Source: Catajapyx aquilonaris (Eukaryota). Taken from it: DNA of 37,080 bases. Position 1 is the first letter of the stretch, and every line of letters starts with the position of its first letter. The stretch is taken from positions 1 through 37,080 of the forward strand of contig JYFJ02003835.1 of NCBI GenBank assembly GCA_000934665.2, given 5' to 3'. Made by a program: the position numbers and the translations under genes. The notes beneath the pieces were generated by a model. The model saw only the letters and a list, made by a program, of their open reading frames with translations, made no database searches and was not told where the DNA came from. Shown one piece after another: positions 23,775-35,531 of this stretch.

Positions 23775-23940
23775 TGATATTTCATGCGGAGTTACTGGGA
23801 AAAGGGCAGCCATGAATGAGGGTTTCACTAGATTTAAAATGGAGGTCATATTTTCCCATTCAGAATTGTCATCTTTTCTTTTGAAAATGTACTGCCTGCA
23901 GACTAATGCGATATGTAATTCCATCACTGGAAGACCCCAC
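23775..23940 (-). mobile_element. Possible highly decayed PIF/Harbinger transposase remnant
   Basis: Across frameshifts the minus strand gives DG(x)HIAL, YIFKRKDDNS and FPSNS/HEISI, in the order of the Harbinger motifs DGTHI, Y.NRKG.HS and PGS.HD. The matches are weak. Confidence 0.3.
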
Positions 23941-25508
23941 AATTTACAAGTTCACCATCGCTCACAGTCAGTTGTAATGATGTCCGTGTAGCATGAATGA
24001 TGCTTCTGGGTTCTGGCACTTTGAACCCCAGGCGCAACATTGAGGGTGGACAATAATAGGTTGGTTCTAATACGAGACTGTGGGATGTCATCATGCACCA
24101 TCCCCTCCCTGTATTGTCCTGATGTTACTGAATTACAAGAAAATAAATTCCATGAAAACGAGAAAGGAGTAGGAAGAACTGGGGTTGGATAGTTGTTGAA
24201 ATGAATAGACAGAAGGCATAGAGAAGACATGTGAAGTGAATTAATTGCCATTAAACCTTTGTCTCCTGCGGCCATGTTGGTTGTATCACCATATAACCTA
24301 ACAAAATAATTTTTTTAAATTCGCTGGTATCACCTCGACAGGAATTTCTTTCACCATACCCTTAGGAAATGTTCGTAGTTTCTATGATCATGAGTATTTA
24401 CACCACTCAAGTGATATTTTTAATCGTATGAGGTCATAGGGCCGTGAAAGTGGCCTCGCTCCTAATTGGCTGGGTGGACTGCTCCGAGCTCTAGGCGGCG
24501 ACCACTTGCCACCCACCTGAGCCACCCTTTTTTTTTGCACCTGGTGGATCACATTATCTCCTTTTAAACCGGACCTTTAAAAACATTTACCGGACATGTA
24601 ATGCTTTCATAATTCATCATAGGGACTGGGCAATCATATAGAATTATCTTGGATGTTTTCGACCGTTGGAAGCCGCCTTAAAAAACCTCATTGATGTCGC
24701 AATAGGAAGACGTCACCTCATGCAGAGCATATGAGGTGGTGTATGGCACTCTCAAGATGCAACTTGGGTTTGTAGGTCTCGGACGCTTCAGCCCCATCTT
24801 GTGTATGTATCGAGAGTGAAACCAGTGGTGCCAGATCCAGTGATTTTCATCCAGGGTGCTATTTTTAAACCCCCACCCAAAGAGTTCATAATGGAATGGG
24901 AGACAGAGGGTTAATGTTATGAGGTTTCTCTCAGGCTCAAAAAATTATTTGTGATTTGGATTTCACTGACTAATAAGTTAACAAAAATTGCGGGTCTAAT
25001 TTATTTTATTAGCTGAGCTGTGAGAGGGTGCAATAGTGTTCAGACTTGAGCACTAATTACAAACACTTTGAAGCAATGTTGGAGTCCCTGTCTTAACAGC
25101 TGTTATTTTTCTTGTTGCAGATGAGACACCTCCATGAACCTTTCTGCCGAGGAAGATGCCCATTGGGGGTTGCCAGACCTGAAGCTGCTCAATAGTGTTG
25201 CTGCTGGAAGTAGATGGCCTGCCCTACATGCCATTTTTAATATTCCAAAGAGCCTTGCCAAGAGAGATGCCACCGTCGTCTTGTCTTCCTTGTTACATAT
25301 GGCATGGAAGAAGTTGCTCTTGAATAGGTGATTCGACCAAGTCACAAGCTACAACCGTCCTTTTCTCCACAACACCATACCTCTCCACAAGGTTACCTTG
25401 AGATTACTCGAAACTGTCAGGGACTGGTAATGACTGACCTTTTATGATTCCTTGTTGCACAAAGTTAGTAGACACCTATTTCAAGCACAGTCGACATTGC
25501 AGGCACAA

Positions 25509-25868
25509 TGTATTTCACCAAGTCGGAGTGAGCTGGCTGATGCCTGCTTTAGACACAGCTTTTGGCTAATGGTTTTGCTTGGATTGCGTCAGCCAGGTTG
25601 TATTTGGAAGAATGCTCAGGGATAGGTTATCAAAATCACTTGGGGCCTTTTGTATCAGCAGGGGAACCAGCAAGTGAAGAGCAGTGGGGTAGGGAAGGGC
25701 ATCAATCCCCTAACCATCAAGAGGTCCCTTGCGGGGCACTGGCAGGGACAAGGACAGAGCAGTTGGGAAGAAGATCCAGTGGAAACACCTTTGCTTGTTT
25801 GGGTTTTGTGGCCTCATTCCTGAGCTAATCTGAGATATCTGGCTAACTTACACATAAGGAGATCAGTG
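25509..25868 (-). repeat. LTR-like direct repeat, copy 1
   Basis: Colinear and highly similar (roughly 90% by eye) to 27299-27657. Confidence 0.85.
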
Positions 25869-26136
25869 TTTCATGAATGACGCAAAATTAGCAAGGAACA
25901 GATGCTGCATGACTAAAACGTGTGACAAGCACATCAGGATGTTCCTGGGATTGTCACTGGATAGCTGAATCCATGCAGCCGCTGTGATTTTCAATGCGTT
26001 TTTGGCCAGTTTACTTAACAGTGGTGCAAAATCATAGAAAACCTGTGATATTTCATGTACAGTTAATGGCTTGTCCACACCAGGATGACAATTCATATCA
26101 GTCAACTACTAGGGAACATACTTTGCAATGCTTTTC

Positions 26137-27180
26137 TTAACCCTGCAATACCCAGGAGTCTAAATTCCTGCAAGGAAATTATGAAAATTTTTAATGGAGT
26201 TGGAAAAAAATACAATTTTTTTTGGCAATGCAAACAAATATGGAATGTAATGCCCAGGAGCCCAAATTATTGTGTGAAAATTATGAGGATTGGTAATGGG
26301 CCTGGAAAGAAATACCACATTGAGAAAAAAAAAATCCAGCTTTTTTTTTTGCAATGTGTGGAGAAATTTCGCATGTGCCATATATGGCACAGTGGGCATT
26401 AACTGTAGTTTTGCTACCTGAAATATTACTTCATTTCAAGGCAAAAATTAAGTATAAATAATAGGTGTAGTGTGGATATATTTTAATGACCTTATTAAAT
26501 ACATTATAATTACGTTTTAAATGTAACAAATGACATTAACTTACTGTCTCAATTGCTGTGAAATTCCTCGAAACAATTTCTCTTATTTTGAAAACACAAA
26601 GATGCCTTGCACTTTTTACATGATACATAGGATTTGCCTGAGCAATTCTTGCACCTGTTGTGGTTGGAGTTCCATAATAGCATGTGTCCCACACCATCAG
26701 TTCTCACGTCATTGTTTGAGATTGGAGATGACCTTTTCTTCTTGGCTGGCCTCTTCTAGCCTGGTCATGGCCTTTCTGCACGCTTCTGCTTCCCAGCAAG
26801 AATCAGTGCAGTCAACACATCCCACTGGAACTCCCTCAGGGCCATCACTTTTGTGACATTCAGCCGTGCTCAGTGGCGGCGATACAGAAGCCAGGCATTT
26901 ACTAAGGCAACAGTGATGGTATGCCACCAAATGTACAAATACCACCACCTGGAGCGGATGGGGTACTTGTACAGTGAGGTGGGCATGTCTAATAGGTCAA
27001 TCCCCGCCATGAACTTGTTATACTCTGGAAGAACTGCTGGTCGGGACACATCAACGTGCTTCTTCTCCTTGCGACCCCACCTTGACACAGCGTCCTGGGG
27101 CTCCACGCTTGCATAGGATTGGCTGAGACTAGGGTTACTGCCTCATTATCGAGCCATCTTACTGCTACTGCCCTGTCCTC
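26137..27180 (-). mobile_element. 5'-truncated piggyBac (PGBD-like) transposon; transposase pseudogene at 26549-27180
   Basis: One frame reads VRWLDNEAVTLVS...EYNKFMAGIDLLD...WWYLYIWWHTITVALVNAWLLY...DVRTDGVGH...RCKNC...CKKCKASLCFQNKRNCFEEFH* with three premature stops. TTAA|CCCT at 26137-26144 is a plausible terminus. Confidence 0.93.
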
Positions 27181-27271
27181 CTACACATCACATATTTTCT
27201 TTTACCGCCAAAAGTCCTGACCGCCAAACTGAACAGGGCTCCAAATCCAGTTATTTTAGTGGGTTGCCAAC

Positions 27272-27657
27272 TGTGGGAAGACCTCACGATCCTTTGAGCG
27301 TATTCACCAGGTCGGAGTGAGCTGGCTGGTGCCTGCTTTAGACACATTTGGCTAATGGTTTTGCTTGGATTGCAGTTGCCAGGTTGTATTTGGAAGAATG
27401 CTCAGGGATAGGTTATCAAAATCACTTGGGGCCTTTTGTATCAGTAGAGGAACCAGCAATGAAGAGTAGTGGGGTAGGGAAGGGCATCAATCTCCTAACC
27501 ATCAAGAGGTCCCTTGCGGGGTGCTGGTGGGGACAAGGACAGAGCAGTTGGGAAGAAGATCCAGGGGAAACACCTTTGCTTGTTGGGATTTTGGGGCCTC
27601 ATTCCTGAGCTAAGCTTAGATATCTGGCTAACGTACACTTGTCTAAGGAGACAATGT
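27272..27657 (-). repeat. LTR-like direct repeat, copy 2, with a candidate primer-binding site at 27259-27269
   Basis: Matches 25509-25868. On the minus strand it has a TATA-like TACAAAAGG and AATACA, ends ...CCCACA, and is followed after 2 nt by TGGCAACCCAC. Confidence 0.75.
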
Positions 27658-28239
27658 GGCTGATGTTGGAAATGTCGGTCGTCTTACTCAACGGTAGCCA
27701 ATCGAGTATGCTAAAGCTAAAACAAATGTATTACATAAATCTGTACGCTACTGGCTACACTTGCAAGAGTAATATTACTCGTCGTGCTAGTAACACTTTC
27801 ACTCTATTCGGTGGTGATGCAGTTGTAACCCTAACCATTATCACCAACCGCCCCACCTGCACCAACAATTGAAGGAAGGAACAGCTCCATTGGAGAATGG
27901 GAAGCACACACGCAGAGAGGACGACATGCAACCAGCTCCGGAGAGGCAATGACCTGAATGTATTGAAGAGTCTAAATAAGCGGGATGCAGGTGGCAAATT
28001 GGGGACTTTTTCTTGAACCTGTCCTTCAAGTCTGTCCGAAATGAAGTGACGTTTTTCGTAGTTATGGAGCTATATGCATGGGATTATGTGGTCTAGAGAT
28101 GTTATCAAAACCTCCCAAGTTCCCATCCTTTAAGTATTACATGCCATTTAAGTACAGGTTTGCATGAAATTTCTGAGTTATTAAAACATGGTAATGCCAC
28201 ATGATGTGTACATATCGTTGCACACTATTAACACTGCAT

Positions 28240-29520
28240 TAGCTAGAGGTGGTGCTGGGCAATAAATCTTAAAACCTGCCAGTAAAGTTCACAGAATGTA
28301 AGTAACACATCGATTCTGGTGATGACAGTTTTGGTCATATTTGACTCTTCACCTTAATGTTTTTTGGCATTTGTCCACACTTGACTCGATTGGTTTGAAG
28401 TGGCAATGGTATGGTGAAAGTCGAACTACTTGATATTGGGTTGTCATCCACGTTGCTGTCTCCATTTTTTAAATTGTTGTACAGCTAAGAGCAGGATCTG
28501 GATCGTTGGGGATGGAGTTGGTTTGTCACCATGTGAATGACATATACTTGTATACCTCACCCATCCGACCTACAGTTACGCGTACTTGTACTGTGGTCAT
28601 AATAATCTTGCTTGAGAAATTTGTACATGAATTAAGTATGCACTAGCTGATCAAACTTGGTCACAATATTGTAAACAGCCATATTCAATTTTCCTAATGA
28701 CTGGAACATGTCACCCTGCTGTGGTTTCAGGGAACTGGTTTATGTTGTTGCCGATTGCTACTGATGAAGTAGTGGGTTTCATTCTGTACTTTAGAACTTG
28801 AGCTGAGTGACATATTTGAGGGTTTTTTCGTCTGAACACATGATGTGGATTTGATCCAGCTTGCACCATTCGGTTCATTTTCAAGATTTATTTCTCCAAC
28901 TCAGCAGTCATGTCGTCCAAAATTTTGGTCCGATGAGGACATCAGCAGCTTGAATTGACTGCAAGGAAATTGTGCGAAAGTGAAGCGATTCACACCCAGC
29001 ACCTATGAAAGGACACAACGGTGTTTATTTTAGTTGATGGCCCTCGATTCGGGGAGTTATTAACACAGTTATTGACAGCTATTGAGGAGTATTTCGACGG
29101 CTGGTTCTAGTGGATCCAGAACATTGGTTATCAGACTTGTTTTATTGTCGTCAGGTGAATTAGTGTAACATGAAGTACCACATTTGGGATCATCGTAAGT
29201 CGCCATGGATGATAATGTCCGACCTTCGGAATAGTTGGATCCTATTCTTGCAAGCCTGTGGTGTTCAAGCTGGTCTGTTTCGTAGCTCTGGGTCACAAAG
29301 ACCTTTTAAGAATCATAATAAATTGTCATTTGATAATTCCTTCAATAACATGGTTACAGTGTTAACTAAAACGAGTTACATATACATCCTTTTGGCAGAG
29401 TTTATTAGTGTATGGTCCACATTCTATCCGTCCATCACGACTGTGAAATACTTGACGTAAGTCGCACAGTGACTCTGTGTGTCTTGGCACTACTGGTCAT
29501 GACTCTGCTGGCAACTGTGC
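28240..29520 (-). mobile_element. Possible very old hAT transposase remnant
   Basis: Scattered minus-strand peptides in hAT order: YVKYFTVVMDG (29427-29459, like the first catalytic Asp), then PNIK and KNIK/NMT near 28440-28340 (like the dimerisation domain). Many stops and frameshifts. Confidence 0.3.
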
Positions 29521-30031
29521 TTCATCTGTGGCTCAAAGCAATCCAAACAAGTCATCCGGCGCATCGCCCGGTATCTTCTTGTTGTAAGTTGTGAATGTCA
29601 CATGTTGCGATCGATCATACCCCTTCTTTACAAAGTAACTGAGGAGGGAGGTGGTCTTGCCGATAAGATAATATGGTTCACTTCTATACTGGGAGGCGTA
29701 ATCATTATAGAAAGTTTTATTCGTAATGTGCAAAACAAAGGTATTGTTCTAATACAGTTCAATGTGGTATAATACTATGGAGGCTCGAGAGATGGAATAT
29801 AATTTTGAATCTGGTGTCTGATGTTCTCTAACAATATTAACACCTGGAATTAACTAAATACCGCTTATTGCACTGAAAATCATGGAATTTATTATAATAT
29901 TTTATTATCTGGTGCATATTGCCCTTCACTGACCTCAGAATCCGTAAGAAAAGATACGACGTCTACGGAGACAAGAAAATCATGAATTTTATCAGTCGAC
30001 TTTTGGTGCTGGAATAGTGATGTGTCCTCAG

Positions 30032-30206
30032 GTCTACAATGGACGGAGCTGATGTAGCTGTTGTGTACTGGAAAGGTTTCAGCAGCTGCGCTGTTGATTA
30101 CAATATCACCGGAAGGGCACCTTGCAATAATATTCTGGAGAAATATCGTGGAGTCTACAGAGACTTACTTGTTGGCGGACTTGGTGATAAATGCAACACT
30201 TGTTAG
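30032..30206 (+). pseudogene. knk: Isolated knickkopf-like DOMON-domain exon fragment
   Basis: 30039-30206 translates MDGADVAVVYWKGFSSCAVDYNITGRAPCNNILEKYRGVYRDLLVGGLGD..., matching the recalled Knk pattern M.GADV.V.Y...DYNIT..APC...GVC.D..VGG. It is preceded by CAG and ends in a stop; no other knk exons were seen. Confidence 0.75.
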
Positions 30207-30240
30207 TCAGGCGTTATAAGAAATACTCCTCCAGAACTTG

Positions 30241-31200
30241 TCAAGTTCTTTTTGAACTGCGATAGTCACAACAGATGCCCAAGGAAAAATTCCACCCCTG
30301 AGAGTAACAGCGGAGGGTAAACAGGTCTTGATTCGCTGCTCGTGTTGTTCTTTGTTCACTTGGTGAAATTTTCATGCTCTGGATAGATGTACCATTACTC
30401 ATAGCATTGTATACCTGAACTATGTGGATGAAATGTACCAAGAAGGCGAGAGATAATCCCTTTAACTGACATATTATTCTGAAAAATTCTTCAGCTATAA
30501 TAAAACAATGTCATCAAGGTTGGTGCTATTCGTGTCTCTGAAAGGAAGGTTTTACTAAGCCAGAGGAATTTGTGGATGTACAATGAAATGGGCAGCATAA
30601 ATTTTTGTGGCCAGAATGAACACGTTTGTACTCGATGAGGACTCTTCCTGAACCATGCTCTCAGTTCCTTCTTCCCTTTAATATCAGGAAGGTGGAAGAA
30701 GACATGATCAGCAGACGTTTCCATAATGCTCATATAATGCTGTTTCCTGGCACGACTGTCCCACTCACAAATAGAACAACACTATTTTGTGTGCCCTTTT
30801 TTGCGATGATTTTTAAGTCTGCACAGATGATCCACTTATGATCAGAGTATTGAATCGACTCCAATAGCTCATATACAACTCTTTCACAAGACTTGTATCA
30901 CCTACAGGAACAGAAGACATTTCATTTCCATTATGGTATGAAACTGCTGAGACTAGTTTTCGAAGCATCTTTGAAAAAGTCACATGATTACAGTATGTGT
31001 ATATGAGAATGATGCATCTAGGTGCTCGCAGTTCTGGAGAGAGCTCCACCTGCCAACTGTAAGAAAAGATACGAGGTCTGTGAAGGCAAGGAAATGCTGA
31101 ATTTTAAGTCTACGTTCGTTGCTGGAATAGTGATGCGTACTCCATTGCCTCTCTGCTGGGATTGTCACGGGGAGATTCCATCTGTGATGAGCTCCTGTTA
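30241..31200 (-). mobile_element. Decayed DNA transposase of the HNGN / WDSR type (probably CMC-Chapaev3)
   Basis: Across frameshifts: DASKTSL, AVSYHNGNEMSSVPVG..VKELY, HKWIICADLKIIA, CCSICEWDSRARKQHY and NMSVK, in the expected order. The family name is recalled and needs a search. Confidence 0.8.
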
Positions 31201-32964
31201 TAATAGTCGAGGTTTTTGAAGTGCTGCTCAGTACTCTCTCAGAAGGGTTATTCTCATATATTATCTGCTCTTCTCTATTGGAGTATATGTACTCAATTTA
31301 TATTGTCACCCGATGGAATGATTTGTCACAGTAGCCGCATGTATGGGGGTTTTCCTTTTTTGTGAGCACTAAAGTGACTAATCAACCGCATCTATTATGT
31401 GTAGGTATTCTGGCATATCTTTGCATGAAAAGCTTTTTGTACGCGTGATGCTTATCCGTAGTCAACGTTCGGCATGAAGACCTTGTCTGAGTGGCTTGCA
31501 GGTGTCCTGGCGCACCCTTGAGGAATGAAATTCTTAACATGTGACACCACAAGCTGATTGCAACGCTCTAAAGGTCGTGAAAGAAGTGCTAAAAATGTTT
31601 CAAGTGTAGTAGGAACTCTGTGTCATTCAATTTACATGGTCTGATAAATTTCACTCCATTCTCCAAATAATTAAGCACTTCTGCAGGAATGTCAAAATTT
31701 GTCAAATGAACAGTTGATCTTCCTGTCGATTTCAATTATTGCCTAGCAGGTTTCAGTGAGATCGTCTCTAAATGTTGGGGATTAGAGCATCTCTCTGTTG
31801 TCACTGCATTGTGTGAGTCCCTGGCTTCCCACTCGCCGTCGTACCAGAGCGCTGCGTCCATGACAATTTCAAGTGGTCTCACCCATGGGCCCGAAATCGC
31901 ATCAAGATGCCTTGCATACCCTAAATACCACAACACACTAGCAACATGGGCAGATGACCCACGTGTTCTAGCCGCTGGCTTGCATGTACAAAATAAACGC
32001 GAAGAAAAAACAAACCACAATAATATTTAAGAGATCCCCCAATTTTAGTTGCCTTTGGGAAAGGAGCAAGTTTTCGCATTTTTATTGTCTTGTCCGGATG
32101 ATTACTTACCTCTACCAATGGTGGCCTCTTATCTCGTCAGCAGAAACACCAGTTCCCAAGTCCGTATGAGGTGTCCAGATTTATTGACACCCCTGTGGTC
32201 AGTTGAACTTTGAAAAGAATGGTTTTTGTATCATGTTGCTATCCATGACTCGTTCTTCCAAGTATTTTAGCAACATAGTTTGAGCTAACATTTTGCAGAT
32301 TAATTGCAGCGTAAGTCGCGGATTTTTATGAATGGTAGGCGTTTGGATATCCAATTGGGAATATTTTTGAAGTGTACTTTTTGCTGTTACTGTTTCCTCC
32401 ATGGCCTTCATAGTCCATGTTGCGCTGCATGCTGACCACGGCCCTGTCTCAGGCGTAGTCTGTGGTACGTCAGTATGGCCGAGAACCTCGGGGGACCTGC
32501 ACCATGACCCTCTTGTCCCACGGCCCTGGTGTCAGTTTGCACTTTTTGCAAGTGGTTCATCCAGTCAATTGACATGGCTCCACAGATACATATTTACATT
32601 TTGGATGTTGTATTTCTGGCGGCATTGCACACTTTGGCATATCTCTTGTCTTGATAGGTCAACTTATTATTTAACAACCCTCACGTGAAAGGGTCTACAT
32701 TAGCGAGGAGAATATGGTGTAGGATTCTGCAATAATAGTAATTTGTTGCCAGTGCCATGAACTAATTGCTCTTGTGCTGGGAGCTTCGAAAAAGATTGCT
32801 CTCGGAGGTGTCTTGTTGCGATCCATCACACCTTTTCCTCCCAAATACTTCAGCAATTCCCTGACTAACATGTTGAAATTACTTACCATGTTGTACAGGG
32901 TAATGATGCGAGGCTTTTGTACGGGCGTGACCTCTGTAGTGCCACCTATAGGCGATTGATGCAG

Positions 32965-33125
32965 TTTTTCTCCCTTGTGTACCCTGAGGTGGTTCTTAAG
33001 GTGGTCTATCCTAAAGTATAGCTTCCCACAGTAGGCGAATGTCCAGGGTTTGCCTTTCTTGTGGGCTCTCTCATGTGTCTACTGTATGCCTTCCGATCTT
33101 TGTAGGTGAGAGGGGAAGGACTGCA
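32965..33125 (-). pseudogene. Decayed pair of C2H2 zinc fingers
   Basis: CSPSPLTYKDRKAYSRHMRE, a 1-nt frameshift, then AHKKGKPWTFAYCGKLYFRIDHLKNHLRVHKGEK. One Cys is lost in each finger. Confidence 0.7.
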
Positions 33126-34659
33126 AGAGTAAATGACTGGTCGGTTGTGTGCCAGCGACTGAAGTGATGCTTTCAGTCCTTATAGGTTTAGAGAGATTTA
33201 CGTGAATTTCTGTTGATCATCAGACATGCGGTGAAAGTTGTAGGAATGTTATGATTTAGGTAACTTCTGATTTTGTCATTGCATTGTTTTACAATCAGAG
33301 GGGGTGGGATATCCTCACTCGAGGCTCAAGGACTTATCGAGCAGTTTCGCCAGAATTTTTCGTCATGTTGCGATCCATGATTATCATTCTTCCAAGTATT
33401 GTAGCAACAAAATTTGAGCTAACATCTTGCAGATTTATTTCAGCGCAAGTCGCTGTCACTCGATAGTATTCTTGTGTATGGTAGGCGTTTGTTTAGATTT
33501 TGTACTGATTAGTGAATAACAAGGTACGGATATCCAATTAGTGAGAGATCCACGGATGGAAAGACAAAATATGCTGCTCAATTAGGGCTGCATTTTTTTT
33601 TGTTGTTGCTGGGTTCATGACGCCCGCGTTTGTCAGCAGGTGGCAGTGCATTTATGTTCTCCATGTTTTTGAACAGCTTAACAATTACTTTGTCTGATGT
33701 GTAGCCTAAGGTACTTAAAAAGAATCTTTGGCACACGCGTATTCTCTTCCCAGTGATTTCAGGTAATATTTCCTGCTGACTTTCCTCCTGGATGGCCTAC
33801 CTGTAGCTGAAGAATGATTCGAAATTGTAGTTATAAGCGACTAATGACCATTATTACAGTTATGTGAACTATGCAAATGTAATTATATTTAATGAGTTTT
33901 CAAGGTACCTAGGAAAGGCTACATAGCTGGGCTGAAATGATATATGGGCGGCTGGTCGTAGAGGCTTCTTGCAAGATTACGTCCTTCACATCGGTTCAGA
34001 TTGGGCCCGGTGTGCAATGTTCAGCTTCAATGTGGCACCATTGTGGCTACGTCGAAATCTTGCTCCTGAGTTTCTGTCTCGCCTCTGGTCAGGTGTGTCT
34101 ACTGTACGTTGCAATGTTCGTCTGACCCCTTGTTAAGGACACCCTTCTCCTTTATACTAGTGGGTTCTTCCTAGCATCATGGGAAATGATAGGGGTGTAA
34201 GGAGGGAAGCCTGATGACAGGATAACAGTAAAGTAATGCACCAAGCACCTTACACTAGACATTAGGACATTAGGATGTCAAGTCCAGTTCATTTCATCAA
34301 CTGAATAATTGCACTCTCAGGTATAGTTTTCCTTAATGATGCTGCTTCAGATTGTCACAGAGATTGCATGTGTTTGACCATGTCTGGTCTGCCATGTATC
34401 GAATATTATTATAGCCTCAAGCTTTCCTATGCAGACATAATACTGAGCATATCAGTTTACTATTCTGCCTCTATAGCCATGTTTTAAATATTTAATTGTG
34501 GACGTTGTGTTATCTTCCTCGGCTGTAGTTGGATGCATTGGCTTCGTCTTTTGCATGTGTTCAGAAGACTATGATATTTCAAAGCAGGACACCCGTCTGC
34601 TTTACTGCAACCCCCGGACGGGGGTCAAGCAATCCTTATCCGATGCTTTGAATGATATC

Positions 34660-34760
34660 CTGCACTTCGTCATTGGCGATCACGTGGAAGTAATAGCCCA
34701 GGGACGGAGCAAAAATACTTTGTTGTCAGTGACACCTGTTTTACATTTGAAACCACGCCT
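34660..34760 (-). mobile_element. Downstream piece of a CGGBP1-like hAT transposase relic
   Basis: VVSNVKQVSL...VPGLLLP resembles the LISNVKKVF...P.LPLPP segment of this family. Confidence 0.45.
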
Positions 34761-34780
34761 TCATGAATGCGGGCAGGTGG

Positions 34781-34949
34781 AACAATGATATGATCTGGAG
34801 ACCTGACACGATTCAGTGCCACGTCGAGTTGGCCGTGCGTGAAGCACTGATCTCAAGTCGAGGCCAGCCAGATCAATCGTTTGTCACTGGCTCGTGTGGA
34901 TGGACATGCCAAAACAGAGTTGCAGAGGGAACTGAAAATTTGTAGGCAT
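34781..34949 (-). mobile_element. Helitron (PIF1-like) helicase C-terminal fragment
   Basis: QFPLQLCFGMSIHTSQ*QTIDLAGLDLR / QCFTHGQLDVALNRVRS matches helicase motifs QFP...FAMTI.KSQGQ and F.HGQLYVALSRV; one stop and one frameshift. Confidence 0.9.
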
Positions 34950-35078
34950 AGTATGTGAAGACCGGCGTCGATCCGTTTAGTTGTTTCTTCGGCCGGCATT
35001 AATTGGCCGATTCTAAGTCGGTGATCCTTAGCTTGCTTTTTTCCTACTTTTTTTGTGCCCTTGTACCTGCACCTGCGC

Positions 35079-35213
35079 TGCGTCAGTAGTCTCGTCCACG
35101 CCTAGCCAAATAGCAGGTTTCAGCAACGATTTCTCTAATCTCCTGAATGGATTTCAGGTATAGAGCTGAGGAAGGTAGTAGTTCCTGAGTGTTGATTCAT
35201 CTGGCACATGTCT
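35079..35213 (-). mobile_element. CGGBP1-like hAT transposase relic, upstream piece
   Basis: RHVPDESTLRNYYLPQLY / SIQEIREIV / IWLGVDETTDA matches PDESTLR...IW.SIDETTD; two frameshifts. Confidence 0.8.
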
Positions 35214-35531
35214 AGGGCAAAACGAGCGAGCAACATCGTCTCGTAATTCTCCCATGTCGTTTATGGGGTCGTAGGGGTATGTTGAAACGTTATTTGCCCT
35301 TTATATTTTACGACTTGCGTTCTTGTATGTTTTGGTAACTTGGAATTTTCCATGGAGAAAGTGGCAAAATTATGTCATATTGCTTGCGGGCACAGAAATC
35401 GAGGATGAGGCTTCTATGGTATTGTCAGAAGTTAGTATAGTACTCTCAAAGGTCGTCACCACCACAAACCAATGAAGGCTGACATGAAACTCACCACCAC
35501 CACCTTTATTGCACCTAACACAAACCTGTAA

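Noticed and set aside
24907..24914. AGGG|TTAA as the other piggyBac end
   Set aside because: It lies on the wrong side of, and faces away from, the 26137-27180 relic; no matching TIR was found.
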